Assembly (NCBI GenBank): GCA_965153455.1
Contig: OZ234493.1
Coordinates: forward strand, 248,001 to 312,000
Reading direction: 5' to 3'
Source of the DNA: Sphagnum compactum
Taxonomy: Eukaryota
DNA: 64,000 nucleotides
This document shows positions 1-12,870 of this stretch, in pieces (within the stretch, counting starts at the first letter, position 1; the number at the start of each line of letters is the position of its first letter). A program made the translations under genes and the position numbers. Under the pieces are notes generated by a model. It saw only the letters and a program-made list of their open reading frames with translations, did no database searches and was not told the origin of the DNA.

Positions 1-3000
1 GTGGAAACTGGAAGGTGGAAACTTGGGAAGTTTTACCAAGGTGGAGAGGTCCTGTCTGTCATTGACATCTATGCCAGCCTCTCTCTTTTCTGATCCATCT
101 TCTATCAAAGAGTTTTCTTCGAAAGCTTCACTCTGTTCCAGTGCCTTTGCGGATAAGAGAATGACCCCAAAACGTATTGGTACATTGCTTGAATGCAAAT
201 AAAACATGTTTTCCAACGCCTGGAAAAAATGCACAAACAACCCACCTTTCTCATCACAGATAGAACAGGTCAATCTTTACAATTTCATACTTTCAGACAA
301 GTGCACATTGCCTAGTTGTTGCACATGGCGTAGGCCTTGCATATGACATAGTCATTGCAACACCAACTTCAAATTACGCACCCAATTACACAAAAACTCA
401 GACATCATTAGCACTGTTGAGAAAGAAATGGGACCACTTGCCAGAAGCCCATCAGAGGATGCCGGGTCAACTATGTAGATTGCATGAAACAGATTCTTGC
501 GTATACTGCGCATCTGCCCTGGAAATACAGGCATAAGCAGCTGCATCACCCAAAGCCAGGTGTTGCACATCAAATGCCAGTGAGACAACCCACCACCGCC
601 ACGTTTCTTCCAGTCTGTTCTTTTTGCAAAATTGCTGAACCCTAAAAGCTGTAAATTGCTAAATTCTAAACCCTAGCCCAACTGACAGTAGACTGACTTC
701 CCCAGGAACAACAATCCCTGAAAACTTGGGTCCTTAATTACGCAAGCACAACAGAAAACATGTTTGTTATGGGTATGGCATGCACAAATGACTGACCTCG
801 TTCAGATTGGTACGCCACCGTTTGTATCTTTGGTCCTCTTCAATGTTGTTCAGGTAGTGGACGTGTTCTGTGGATCGGAAGTCCAACCGAGTTCCGCCCT
901 GCTCTGATGGCTCGGGGAGCTGTAGAAACTGTCTCACAACACGTTGCGGAATCTGCAACCCCACCCCCACCACACCCACCCTTTCAATACTTCTTCATTT
1001 GGAAATTAGATTCAGGTGTCAAACTGCCACGCCGGACTAGAAACGAAACCCACAATACGTGAGGAAATTGTCACCTTGATTGAGGTGATGCTGCTGGCTA
1101 AAGACAGCTCTCCTTGCACAAGATCTATTAACCTGACGAAACAAGCCCATCATCATCCCCAGGCATAGTGAGAAAACACTATCTTGGACATTTTCTTTCA
1201 TTGAAGTGAACAAATTTAAGAGAAAAAGGGATGCCTTACGAGAAAATATCAACAGTTTCCAAACTGATGAGAGCTCCATTGATAGCCACCAGATTCTTGC
1301 CCGGTGGTAGCATCTGTTGATTTGAAACAATCTCGTCTTTGATCGTCTCATTCACCTGCAGAGATCCAACAAGAGCATGGGACCACAGTTCCATCAATAT
1401 GGACCCATTGTAAATCTTGAACTGTGCCAGTGATTATGATAGTCACAATTATTAGTCTTGAGTTTCATCAAGAAAAAAAAAACTATTACTAAATTGATCA
1501 GAAAAGAAAAGCCACAAAACAGGACCTGCATGCGGGACAGTGATGAAACCAAATTGGGGAAGTTTTGGTTGATCTCTTGCATCAATTTGAGTGGCTCCGA
1601 TGCTCTGATAATACGTTGTGCTGTTTGATACCCTAAATCTGCATTTCGACAAGCAGATGTCCTGAGTCATTTTTGGTCATTGTAAAAATCATGGATTTTC
1701 TTCTAATCCATCACCTCTGTAACCAATCCCAGTCTATCACATCATCTTGGCAAGCAAACCCATTGTTTTCTAAGCAGTCACCTAAGTGAGCAGGCACGTG
1801 TGACTTCTCTTATCCTGTTTGCACCCAAATATGAAGATTCACACCTTTGAGCTCCCAAACGTTCATAGTCTCAGCGACACCGGCAGAAAGCAAGTGGTCT
1901 CGGAAGGTCAGCAACTCTCCTGCAAGCTCGGGTTTACGTTCCTGTTCAGAACATTGTGCAGTTCAATCAAGCAGCTTGAATCATGTTCAGATACATCTTG
2001 TGTAAACATTGCTCTAAGGGTTTGTGAGAAGAAGATCTGATTGACATAATGTCCAAAAGAGCAGCTAACTTCTGTTGAATGAATCTCCTACATGACGCTC
2101 TTGGGTCTCGATGAGGTGTGACTTCTTCTGCTCAGTTCATCTTTCTTTGTTGCCATCAGACACGAATCCCAGCTACCCCAATTCTCTGCAATCAATCAAC
2201 AACCGAATGCTCCAAAAAAATTGTAGACTTATGTGCCAGTGGCCACATACCAGAAGCTTGGAGAAAATGAAGCCTCTGACTTCCTCGCCCAAATCTTCTG
2301 AGAGAGTTTCATCACCTATGTCACCTGTGGAATTTCAGCCAGCATATGGTTGAGATTTCCTCAAAACACACTGGTTGCAGTTTAAAACGCAAGCTGGTAT
2401 TGATACCTACCGACAACTTTCTTTAAGATTCATTAACTCTTCATATCACAAACTCCCCACCTGCATTCCTGCAACCTTCAGGAAAGAGTCCTCAGAGAAA
2501 AAGGGGCAAAGAAATAGCCCACCTTTCTTTACTTCACTATCGTCAATTGCTTTGTACTCCATGTTCTTTAAGGCAAGCTCAACTCCAAAACCTCCCAAAT
2601 TGACTGGTTGGTCCACACCAACTCGGGCACAAGTGTCGGCTTTTGATTTGCAGCCAGTTGGCAGCACTGGTCGCACCACATACACTATCTCCCTCTATCA
2701 GAAGCCCCCCCCCCAAAAAATAAGCCCCCCGAAAGTTGAGCTCTTGACTGTGAAACTGACACAAACTGATTTCTTGTTCATTCAAGATAGGGTAGATCAA
2801 TCAATCAATCTGTGATGAAAACCCCTGAAAGTTTGCAGAGTGCAAAATCCCCACTCAAAAATTGAAGACTACTACAACTAATCAACAGGACAACTGTGAA
2901 CATACGAAAAAGACCCATTGACACTTGGAGTCATCTGTTTGGTACTACCTGTTTGGAGGCTGCCACTAAGAGAGAATGAAAGCGGGCAAAACACGGTACT

Positions 3001-4468
3001 CCATATGACCCATACAGAACAGCAGAGAAGTCTGCATCCTCTGACCCACTGGGGTAGATGTGGTCAAATTCAAAAATTTCTGGCTGCTGCTTCTTGTCCA
3101 CATCAGGAGAACCGCTGCCAACCACGCCCACCCACCCACCAGGAAAAAAATCAATCAACGTCCGAGTCAAAACCCCTTGATTGGTCCTTACATACTTTGC
3201 AAACAAACCCAACAATTTGGTTCTTACACACTTTGCAACAAACCTGACAATTCAGTCCTTACACACTTTGCAACAAACCCGACAATTCAGTACTTACACA
3301 CTTTGTAACAAACCCTAAAAACCTGTCAGTGAAAAACACCCAACAATTATGGATTGGAATTGTGATTCATAGCCTTTAGAAAATTCATTCACTATCCTAA
3401 CAACTTCCAAGTCCAAATCAAATCCCTGTTGGTCCTTACATAACAAAACCTGTCAGTCAGTGGAAAAAACCCCCCGACAATAATACGGGATCTGGAATCA
3501 TCATACATACATAGCCCTTTCGAAAATTCATTCATTCATTTGCTACCCAAGTTCCTAAGCATGGAGAATTTACCTACCTCTTCTTGATGAGCTTCAACCA
3601 ATCCAAGAGCTCGGATTCTTGTAACAAAATTCCAGAACTGGTATCGACCCAACAACAAAAAGAACTAGTCCCACCATTTGGAGCGACAGGGCTTTTACTG
3701 ATGGACCACCGATCCACAACATTGAGTTTTGGTGTGAAATGTTGTGGATCTGTCTCCTCCTCATTTGGAACGGATTCTGAATTAGGAGTTGTTGTTGTTG
3801 TGTGGGACAAGAAGTTGTTGTGAGGAGCTGCTGCTGCCAGAGACTCTTGAGCAAGCTGCTGGTAGAGAAGAACCTTAGGAGAAGCAGAGCGAAGGGAAAG
3901 GGACAAGTGAAAGAGAGGCGATAGAGATGGTCCCAGAAGAGAACTCCCTTGCTCAACAATCTGCTGCACACACTCTTGATCTGTAGCAGTAAATGCTTGT
4001 TCTTGTTCTCCTGTTGGAGCGCCTTGATGAGGATGAGCAGCAGCAATCTGCAGCTCCAGAAACTGCCAGAAAAATTCTTTTCTCTCCTTTGCCAACAACT
4101 CACTGCAAAACCCAACAACAGAGTAACAGCACAACACCAGCTGAATTGGAATCCAAGGGATGCTTTCTTCTTACAATCAGGAAGAGCTTCTTCTCTTCTT
4201 CTTACAATCAGAGAGCTTTTCCTTCTTCTTCTTACAATTAGGGACCTTGTTCTTCTTTTTCATACCTGGCCTCCAGCAGAATCGAGGTACCTGCCCACTT
4301 AGCTCGAACCGCGACATTCACGTTCTTGGACTGGTAATGCGAAACAGGAGCTGCCAGTCCTAGGACTATTCCCATTCCTCTTCCTCCTCCTCCTCCTCCT
4401 CCTCCTCTTCCTTCTCTCGCTGATGCACCCATCAACAACAGGACGAGCATCAAGCAGAGGGGAGCCAT
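1..4468 (-). CDS. UGGT: UDP-glucose:glycoprotein glucosyltransferase, N-terminal part (gene runs off the window at position 1). Exons: 4468-4266, 4102-3578, 3114-2949, 2694-2523, 2324-2251, 1941-1845, 1638-1526, 1355-1240, 1132-1075, 952-797, 540-442, 219-<1
   Basis: Signal peptide, then [95 protein letters not shown] and [20 protein letters not shown], collinear with plant UGGT/EBS1. All junctions keep the frame. An alternative in-frame ATG lies at 4501. Confidence 0.95.
3185..3318. repeat. Intronic minisatellite, ~34-35 bp x4 (CTTACACACTTTGCAACAAACC core)
   Basis: Direct repeats visible in UGGT intron 2. Confidence 0.8.
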
Positions 4469-4742
4469 TGCTCCTGCTGCTCTTGGTGCCTTCCAGTTCA
4501 TGGGTGGTCTACAACACTTGCTGAGGAACATTTGTGAAGTGAAAAAAACCAACAAACAAAAACCCACCCAAAAAACAGAGACTTGATTGTCGACACAGAG
4601 ACAGAATCAGGAGAGTAACAGATGCTGCTGCTGCACAACAGAATTGCACAGGAGATCCATTGCGGAGCTTCCCTCTTCCACAGCAACAGCAACACGCAGA
4701 GTACTCTCTGAGAGAGAGAGAGAGAGAGAGCTCGCTCACAGC

Positions 4743-4830
4743 GAAACCCTAGGATGCGCCAAACCCTAAGGGCAGGATGTGAGAAACCCTAGGGGCCTGG
4801 GCTGGGTCCCCACCCAGCCCTTAGAGGAAC
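4743..4830. promoter_or_regulatory. Telo-box-like (AAACCCTA) cluster upstream of UGGT
   Basis: AAACCCTAG, AAACCCTAA and AAACCCTAG occur within about 50 bp, just beyond a GA microsatellite in the 5' leader. Confidence 0.5.
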
Positions 4831-5830
4831 CCTAGTAAGGGCCTCTCAGAGGCAGGCTGGAAGGGTCCTTACTACCAAGACCTTGCAAGGTTCCTTGGTA
4901 GGCTTGAAGGGCTGGCCTTGCCTATACCAAGGCAAGAAGAATATTTGTGTTTAGATTCATTATAGAATATTCCCTAGTACCTTTTCAGGTTCGGCATTGA
5001 GGTGTCGAATAATAATTTAATATATTCAATTTTTAATTCGACGTTTAAAATTTGAATTTTGAGAATTTTGGCAATTCTCTATTAAATTTATTATAACCAA
5101 ATGTTTATTAGAAGAGAAGTTTTGTGCTTTTGTGGTCATTTTTTGGCCTTTCTTTGGCTTTCTCTTTTTTGTTTCAGCCATCGAATCTTTTATTACATTT
5201 TTGTGTTTTTCATTAGTATAGAGTTATAATATCTTGAAGAATTTTGGTTTCTTTTAAAGGATTTTTGGAAAATTAACAATATTTTTGCATGGTGAAATAT
5301 TTGAATTTTCATAAATTTTTTTTTTGGCCTTAAGATATTTTTTACACATATTTTATATGTTTTGTATAATATGGGAAATACATGCAAAAAATTATAGCAT
5401 TGGTAAAAGACTTAAAAATTCAAAAATGCAAAAATCTATTTTTCACTTATTTTTATTTTTTGAGCAAGGATCACCAATTGGTTTATTTTAGCATGGTTGC
5501 ACCCTTTGACATTAGGTTGATAATTAATGTTTTAATTTGTATTACAATTGTGGGCTTATGGATTAGGTGCAAATGTATTATGAATGAATAAAAAATTAAC
5601 TAAGAATGAACAACAAGTGAATTAAACATTAAATTATGAGTTGATTAAAAGTTAATTAAAAATAAACTAATGAATTAATCAAAAAGTTTTGAATTATGAG
5701 TTAACTAGAAATGAACTGAAATTTTATTAAAAATGAACCAAGAATTAATTAGGAATGAATTAAAAATTAATTATGAATAAACATCCATATGAAAAAACTT
5801 TATTTTTCATGTTAGATGATAACTTCTAAG

Positions 5831-6082
5831 TAGTGAAAAGTTACTTTATTGACCTATTTATCTTTTTTTTTTAAGTGAAAAAGTTATTTTATCGACCTAT
5901 TTATCTCTTTTTTTTAGTGAAAAGTTATTTTATATAGACCTATTTATCTTTTTTTTAAAAGTGAAAAAGTTATTTTATCGACCTATTTATCTCTTTTTTT
6001 TAGTGAAAAGTTATTTTATATAGACCTATTTATCTTTTTTTTAAAAGTGAAAAATTACTTTATCGACCTATTTATCTTTTTT
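5831..6082. repeat. AT-rich minisatellite, ~38-43 bp x6 (AGTGAAAAGTTATTTTATCGACCTATTTATCTTTTT), alternating as a dimer
   Basis: Direct repeats. ATCGACC and ATAGACC variants alternate. Confidence 0.85.
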
Positions 6083-7095
6083 TTTCATTTTATTAAAATT
6101 ATTTGCTGTCCTTTTACCTAGGCAAAGCTATTCACTTAAGTAAAACTATTTTATTTATTTTATTGAAAAATAATCTGCTGTACTTTAACCTAGGCGAAGT
6201 TATTCATTTTTTTAAAAAAAATTGATTTATTTTATTGAAAAAAATATGTTCTATTTTTTTTACCTAGGCAAAATTATTCATATTGAATTTTTTAAAAATT
6301 ATTAAATTGCTGTATTTTTCCTAGGGAAAAGGTTTAAAAATTTTGAACCTTTTTTTTTATATGTAAAAACATTATCGCATTTTTTTCCTTTGTATATTTT
6401 GATCTTTCATTAAATTAATTTTTTTTTGGCGCCGATTGACATTGTAGTCATGTCACAAGAATAAATAATTTACAAAATCTAAAAGAAATCTTGTTTGTTT
6501 GTTGTTGATATGGTAATAATATTGTAGGAAGAATAGTTAATACAATTTTTTAAATTTTATTATTTATTTATTTTTGATATCATAATGAATGATGTTGCAA
6601 AAACAATAATTTACACAATTAAAAACTTACTTTTTAACTAGTCAAAAAATAATTTTCACAAATAAAAGTTACAAATAAGTTATCCTTTTACACATTTTGG
6701 TAGTGTATAATGGTGTTGTATTTGGTCATTGGACAGGATGAAATGCAATGGATGAAAATTCACACGCAGTTGTTGCCAGGCTTTTGGACTGCATTCAGAG
6801 AAAGAGAGAGAGGAGAGAGAGAGAGAGCCCAGTCGCGAGAGAGAGAGTCGAGGGAGAGAGAAATCGCGAGATCGCGAGAGAGAGAATCGAAGAACTGTTG
6901 CGAGCAGAGATTGCACCACCGATTCTTTTGCCAGAAGAACACAGAAGTGTGAAAATTTGGAGGCATTTGTCACCAAAAACAGCTGGAAAATTTGCGAGGA
7001 AAAACCAGACAGATCGAGAAAGAATTGTTGCGGGGAAGAGAGAACAGAGAGACTTTTGTTGCCAGGGAGATTCTTTGTGGTTTTGTGTGGTTACG

Positions 7096-9080
7096 ATGGG
7101 GAAGGAAGAGGAGAGTGCAGCAGCGGCGGCGGAAGCAGCAGCTGCAGCAGCAGCAGCAACCAGACTTGGCAATGCGAAGTTGTTTTTGAGGGAGGACTAC
7201 GAAGCAGTGGATCCGAACCTGCCGGCGTTGCTACGAGTGTTGAGGGACAGAGGAGCCGGGGAATGTTCGCACAAGCACGGCACCTTCTACGAGCACTTGC
7301 TGCATGTGTACCGCATGCTCAAGCTGTGGGACGCTCCTAACCCCGTCGCGCTCTGCGGTCTTTTCCATTCCGCCTACTCCAATTCCTATGTCAATCTCGC
7401 CATCTTCGAACCTAATGTCGAACGTAGCAAGGTGTGTGTTGCTCTAATTTCCCAAGAACAACGACAAAAACTCTCTCTGTCTGTATCTCTCTCTGTCCAT
7501 GTCTCTATATGTCTCTCTGTGTTTCTCCCTCTCTCTCTCTATGTCTCTGTGTCTCTTAATCTCTCTGTGTATTTCTCTTTATGTCTCTGCATGTCTATCA
7601 ACATATAAGCTCTCTTTTCTCCATGTGAAACAGGTTTGTTTTGCCGACTTTTGTTGTGTATTGAGAGTCAATTCCATTGTTGTACTGATCATATACAGGA
7701 ACTCTTGGAATAGGAGGGTTAGAAAGTGGGGGACAAAATGAGCTTCTTTGCCTGAATCTCTTCACTGAATTTGCACTTGAGACAAACCAAGGATATGATA
7801 TGCAGGTGCGGGATCTCGTAGGTGAAGCGGCAGAGGAGCTGATTCATCTCTTTTGCATTGTTCCACGGCAGCAGCTCATTTTTGACAATCTTCTGCTCAC
7901 ATTCAGCGACGAGAGATTGTTGTCCACACTTCATGAGTATGATCAAATCATGGGAGGAGATGAGACTGGGTCTGCAGCAGCTACACCAAATCAATATGAA
8001 ACTGTGGGAAAAGCGACACATGATCATGTTGTTGTGAGCAAGAAGATGGAACAGCTCTTCAGCACAGATGTGAATTCTCATAGTGGGGCCAGACGTCCAG
8101 AACCACTGATCCCTCCAGAGGGGATGCTAGTGAAGCATATCCGCACTGGAGAGGATGTATGGGTGCCGAGACGAGTTGTCGCAATCTTTCTTTTGCTCAC
8201 AATGGCAGACTTTGCTGACCAATTCTTTGGCTGGCAGGTACATACAATCAATCCTTATCTTCCATTTTCTCTTGAAACTGTGCTGTTTTTCTCCTACACC
8301 ACCACACCAATCACCATCCCATTTGCTGTGTGCAGCAGGCAAGTGAGAGAAGGGTATCATCATTTGTTTTACTGCATTTTTGCTTTGTCGAAGGTGGATG
8401 CTTGAAATCGTTTCCATGATGTTTAGAGACTAAGCTTTTGCTACATTTTCTTGCAGGATGTTCTATTTGGGAACGACGATGGGGAGTTTCGGTATACTGG
8501 AAATAACTTTTATGCACTGTGGCCTGGAAACTGTAAGCCTGGCTTGTGGATGACCGTAATATCGCGCATGGGAGTGCTACTGAATGTTCTACTTAAGGAA
8601 GATGAAGTGGAAGACAGGGAAGAACATCAATCAGCTGGAAAGAGGGAAGGTAAAAAAGCCTTTTCTGAACTCCAGATACCCCTGCCTGCCATTTTCAAGA
8701 GCTGCTCCACAATAGTGTCAACTGCAGATCAAATCAAAGCTCGTGATTTGTACTGGGAGGCCATCTGTATAACAGGAGGCGACGAAAAGATTCTTGACAA
8801 GGCACAACCTTTGCTTCAAGCAGCATGCAAGTATAATCCATTTGTTGGGGAGCCACACATAGTCCTGGCTCAAGTTCTTCTGTCAAGAAGGGAATTTGAG
8901 CTCGCTGAGAAGGAGGCAACTCTGGGATTGCAGCTCTTATTGGAATGGGCAACCAACTGGGACAAGCGCATGACATGGGAGGGTTGGGTTGCCTGGGCTC
9001 GAGTTTTGCTACAGAATGCTCTGGACAAGACATGGGCCAAAGATGTATGGGGGATCATAAATCTTGGCCTTGTCAAGTGA
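7096..9080 (+). CDS. Conserved plant protein with a DUF6817 (HD-fold-like) N-terminal domain and TPR-like C-terminus. Exons: 7096-7431, 7806-8237, 8457-9080
   Basis: GAGECSHKHGTFYEHLLHVYRMLKLW...LCGLFHSAYSNSYVNLAIF, LLLTMADFADQFFGWQD, NPFVGEPHIVLAQV, WDKRMTWEGWVAW and the terminal WGIINLGLVK*. Both introns are phase-0 GT-AG. Confidence 0.85.
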
Positions 9081-10062
9081 ATCAACATGGGATAATATGG
9101 CTTTGTTACTGGTGTTCCTTGGTTCTAGTCAATCATGCCTGGATGCGTTGGATGGTTCTGGGCACTGATGCCCAGTGTAAGTATGTAGTGACATGTGCCA
9201 AGACTTCCCAGATATTGAGCAATCACTTGTTTTGGAAGCATCCAACAGTAGAGGGAAGTAGTCATGTCAAGGACATCTATTGTACTTATTGTTGCTAAAA
9301 TAAGTGATGTTTCTGCATATACTAACTTCTCAATCAGGAAGTTTTATGAAATTGCAGCTAGAGCTCAATTGATTTCATGGTTGATGTGTGGCTGTGTAGT
9401 AGCATGTTCTCATCTGGTATTATTCATCAGTAAGTTTGCAACTGCCTAAATACGACCTGAATGGTACATACTGTAACCAAAACACACTACTCAGTAGCCT
9501 CATTAGGTACTAGATGCTTCTGTTTTTTCAAGTGCTGCTGTTGATTACTGTGGTCATTCCAACATTTCAGCAAACCCGTTAGTAAGTTTTTTTCTTCAGA
9601 TGTCTGGTGGGGGTCTTCTGTGTGGTTCTATTGTGTCATGATATCACTGAGGAGGAGGAACATCACAATTCAGAGCTTGTTCTCTGACCAGATTTCCAAG
9701 CACTTCTTGAATCAGGTATCTGCACCTTGAACATGAAAGTGCAGGGGAGCAGATAGCAAACAAGAGGGGTAAGATGCAAAGCATCTTGTTAACCTGAGAA
9801 CATCAAATTGAGCTTCTGAGCTTTTTTTCTTTAGTATTTTGCACTGCCACACTTGCTTTCTTTGAGTGCAATCTGATCAATTTCTGAAATTTCAGAGAAG
9901 CATTACTAATGCTGGGTCCAAGATTTTGTTTCTGGTGTTGCACTGAAGCACTTGCTTTCGTTGAGTGCAATCCGATCAAACTCTGAAATCCCAGAGATGG
10001 TTTACTATTCCACAGGCCCAAGCAAGTGTAACATTAGTGGGGCTGGACAGGAAAGTCATGAA

Positions 10063-11232
10063 TTATACAGAAGCAGAGAGGCAGGGATCAATGGCAAAGC
10101 CCCAAATGGACACCTCCGACCAATCCGTGCAGGTGGGGCTGCTGGGAAGCCATCTCCAGGTGGGTGGGTGGCTCCCCAAGTCACACATGAGCACCCTGGG
10201 AGTCTTCTTAACATGCAGGTACAGAAAGCTTCCAGAGCCAACACATTGAAAGGAGTAGAACATCTTCCCCTTCCTGTAAAACTCTTTGAATAAACGATCA
10301 GGCATAGCTTCCACCTCCACCCATTCTGCTACCGATTCCTTCAATTCCCATATTCTAACTCCCTCAAACCGCTGATCCACACGCAGGGCTCCCACAAGCA
10401 ACAACCGTCCGAAGTGCTCCACCAAATCTCCATACCATAAGAAGGAAGGTCTAGACACAGGCACCACTCTCCACATCCCTTGATCAATGTTGTATGCAAG
10501 AAGTGCATCTGGAGGCCCTGCCGTCATACAGTAAAACAAACCATTGCAGAATGTACTTCTTGCAAATGACATCTTGCGAGGAAGGCTACCTGTGGCAGTC
10601 CAGCGATTGCACCTGGAGTCAAACACCTCAGTCATAGCCCCGGATTCATAGCTCCCGACAGCAATGATTCTGTACTCCTTTGTGATGGGATTGACATCGA
10701 TACCGATGACAGGATCGATTCTATCTTCCTGCCATGGTGGCAGTTCCCTCCAATATTTCAGCAATGGATTGCAGACAGAGAGAACTTGATCACCATCCAC
10801 ATAGGCCCGGATGCATATGAGACCACCTGCAGCTGCGGTTGGATACATGAAATCTGGAGGAAGAAAGCTTAATGGAACCTTATGCCATGTATCAAATGTG
10901 GGATCATAAGCATAAGACCAGTTTCGGCAGTGTCGGTATGACAGGATAAACATCCAAGCTTCCTGGTGATGTACTTGAGTTCGGATCTCGAAGAAACTTG
11001 GAGCAAAGAGGCTTGCATGCCATCTCTTTGATACAGTGCGTGATCGAAAGTACGATGATACAGGTAAGTATGCTTGGATTCGATCCACCACTTCCTCAGG
11101 AAGCTCAGGGATACGGTTCTTTGTGTTTTGGCTGTTGCGATCACGGATCTGTGTGTCATACATGTAGGCTGCCAAGCCTAAACCTACAGGTCCCCCAACC
11201 ACCCATGTGCTTGTGCTCCCGATGTTGCCCAT
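10063..11232 (-). CDS. F-box protein with kelch-like/FBA beta-propeller; coding region has no introns
   Basis: F-box LPEEVVDRIQAYLPVSSYFRSRTVSKRW, then AYDPTFDTWHKVP, AAAGGLIC, VCNPLLKYWRELPP, TEVFDSRCNRW and IWELKESVAEWVEVEAMP. First ATG is at 11232. Confidence 0.92.
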   Translation of the reverse strand: MGNIGSTSTWVVGGPVGLGLAAYMYDTQIRDRNSQNTKNRIPELPEEVVDRIQAYLPVSSYFRSRTVSKRWHASLFAPSFFEIRTQVHHQEAWMFILSYRHCRNWSYAYDPTFDTWHKVPLSFLPPDFMYPTAAAGGLICIRAYVDGDQVLSVCNPLLKYWRELPPWQEDRIDPVIGIDVNPITKEYRIIAVGSYESGAMTEVFDSRCNRWTATGSLPRKMSFARSTFCNGLFYCMTAGPPDALLAYNIDQGMWRVVPVSRPSFLWYGDLVEHFGRLLLVGALRVDQRFEGVRIWELKESVAEWVEVEAMPDRLFKEFYRKGKMFYSFQCVGSGSFLYLHVKKTPRVLMCDLGSHPPTWRWLPSSPTCTDWSEVSIWGFAIDPCLSASV

Positions 11233-12648
11233 CACAGTGTGATTTCTTTGCTCCTCGTCTCATGTCAGTCTTCTTCCCTCATCTCTTGTCAATCTTCTGC
11301 AAGCAAATTTATCTCATTGTCATTTCTTCCCTCCTCACCTGTTGTCAATCTTCTGCAAGCAAATTCATCTCGTTGTGATTTCTTTCCTCCTCATCTCTTG
11401 CCAATCTTCCTCCAGTGGTTCATCTTGGCAATCCATCTTCTTCTCAATCTGCACAATGTATCTCTCTCTATTTGCAACGTGTCTCTTCATCTGTTGTTGT
11501 TAACAGTGAAGTTGAAACCCCACACTTTTTTTGAACCTGAAAATATCGATCTTCTTCCTTGTCCCTTTTTCTTTCTCCTTGATCTAGTTGTAGAATCATG
11601 CTATCCCAACAAAGATGCAATCCTCCCAAGTCTTGAAGTCTCATTTCTACATTCCTTGACTCAACAACATGGTTCGTTTATCATTGTTGATGTTCACCCT
11701 AATATTGTTTGTCCTGGAAGAACTCAATATGCCAATCGAATTTTGGTGTTTTCAAGATTGAGTTCTCAATCCTCTCAGATTGCAAGTTTTGGTGTTTTGA
11801 GATTGAGTTCCCTAACCTCTGAGACGACAATCAGTTCTCAAATTGCCAGAACCGGTACTACTGCTACAATGCTCAGATTTTCTTTCCTCACTTGCAAGCA
11901 ATATTTCAAAGCTCAATCCTCATGTTTTGTCTTTTGCATCAAAATCCTCTTTTCCTTCCCCAGCTCCCAATCTCGTCTTCTTCTTTGGCTTTTGCAGTAA
12001 CATTGCTTGTTGCTGCTGAATGCAGATGATAAGGAAGATGGTGATGATGCTGTTGATGACAGTCAAGATGATGAAGATGTTGATGATGATGAGAAAGATA
12101 CAAATGATGAAGGTGAAATTCGCTTGTCATACATACATAAACCTCACTAGGTTTGCTTTTGTAATAGCTTCATTTTGTCGCAAGATGGTCAATGGCAGAT
12201 GGAAATGATGATAACAAAGAAGAAGATGAAGATGAATTAGCTTCTCATGTATTGTGCATTTGTAAAATTTCTTGTTAGATTGGGATGAAGATGAGAAAAA
12301 TGGCATGATGACAATCAAGATGAAGATGATGAAGGTGAAGCTTTTCACACACCAACCACCTCTATTTTGTTGCTTTTTGTAGTAGCATTGCTCACTCTTG
12401 GATGTGGCTATAACGACAAAGATTGTAGTTGGTGATATTAGTGTTGATTAAGAAAATGATGAAGACGAAGATACTAATGAAGATGATCATGATACTTGAA
12501 AGTGAATTGGTGCAATGTTTGTTTACATGTGTCTAATGGGTTCTTCCATCAAGGGACAAGTCCCTTCAATGCATCTTTTCAATCTCTTCTTGATAGGTAG
12601 TCCCCCCAACAAGATTGGAATTCATCTTCTTCTTCTTCTTCTTCTTCT

Positions 12649-12682
<34 letters not shown>

Positions 12683-12870
12683 ACTTACAATTTGTAGGTG
12701 TTTGAAATTTGTTGTCGAAACAAGGTTGCTTATTGATTTTCAAACAAGATTACAACTCTTTAAATTCTCTCTCTACCTTCAACTACAATTTGGATTCGTT
12801 TAGAAACTATGGTGCCAAACAAGAATGTGCAACAATTCCTTTTTATCTCGATTGGGTTTGGCACAAAAGA

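Noticed and set aside
6748-7095. N-terminal extension of the 286-aa ORF upstream of the DUF6817 gene
   Set aside because: It translates a GA microsatellite leader. Family similarity begins after ATG 7096.
10299-10320. miR394-type target site in the F-box gene (GGAGGTGGAAGCTATGCCTG)
   Set aside because: About 6 mismatches to the miR394 complement, four of them central. The similarity is explained by the conserved EV..MP codons.
11239-12000. 253-aa plus-strand ORF
   Set aside because: Non-ATG start, L/S/F-rich product from pyrimidine-rich repeats, and no motifs.
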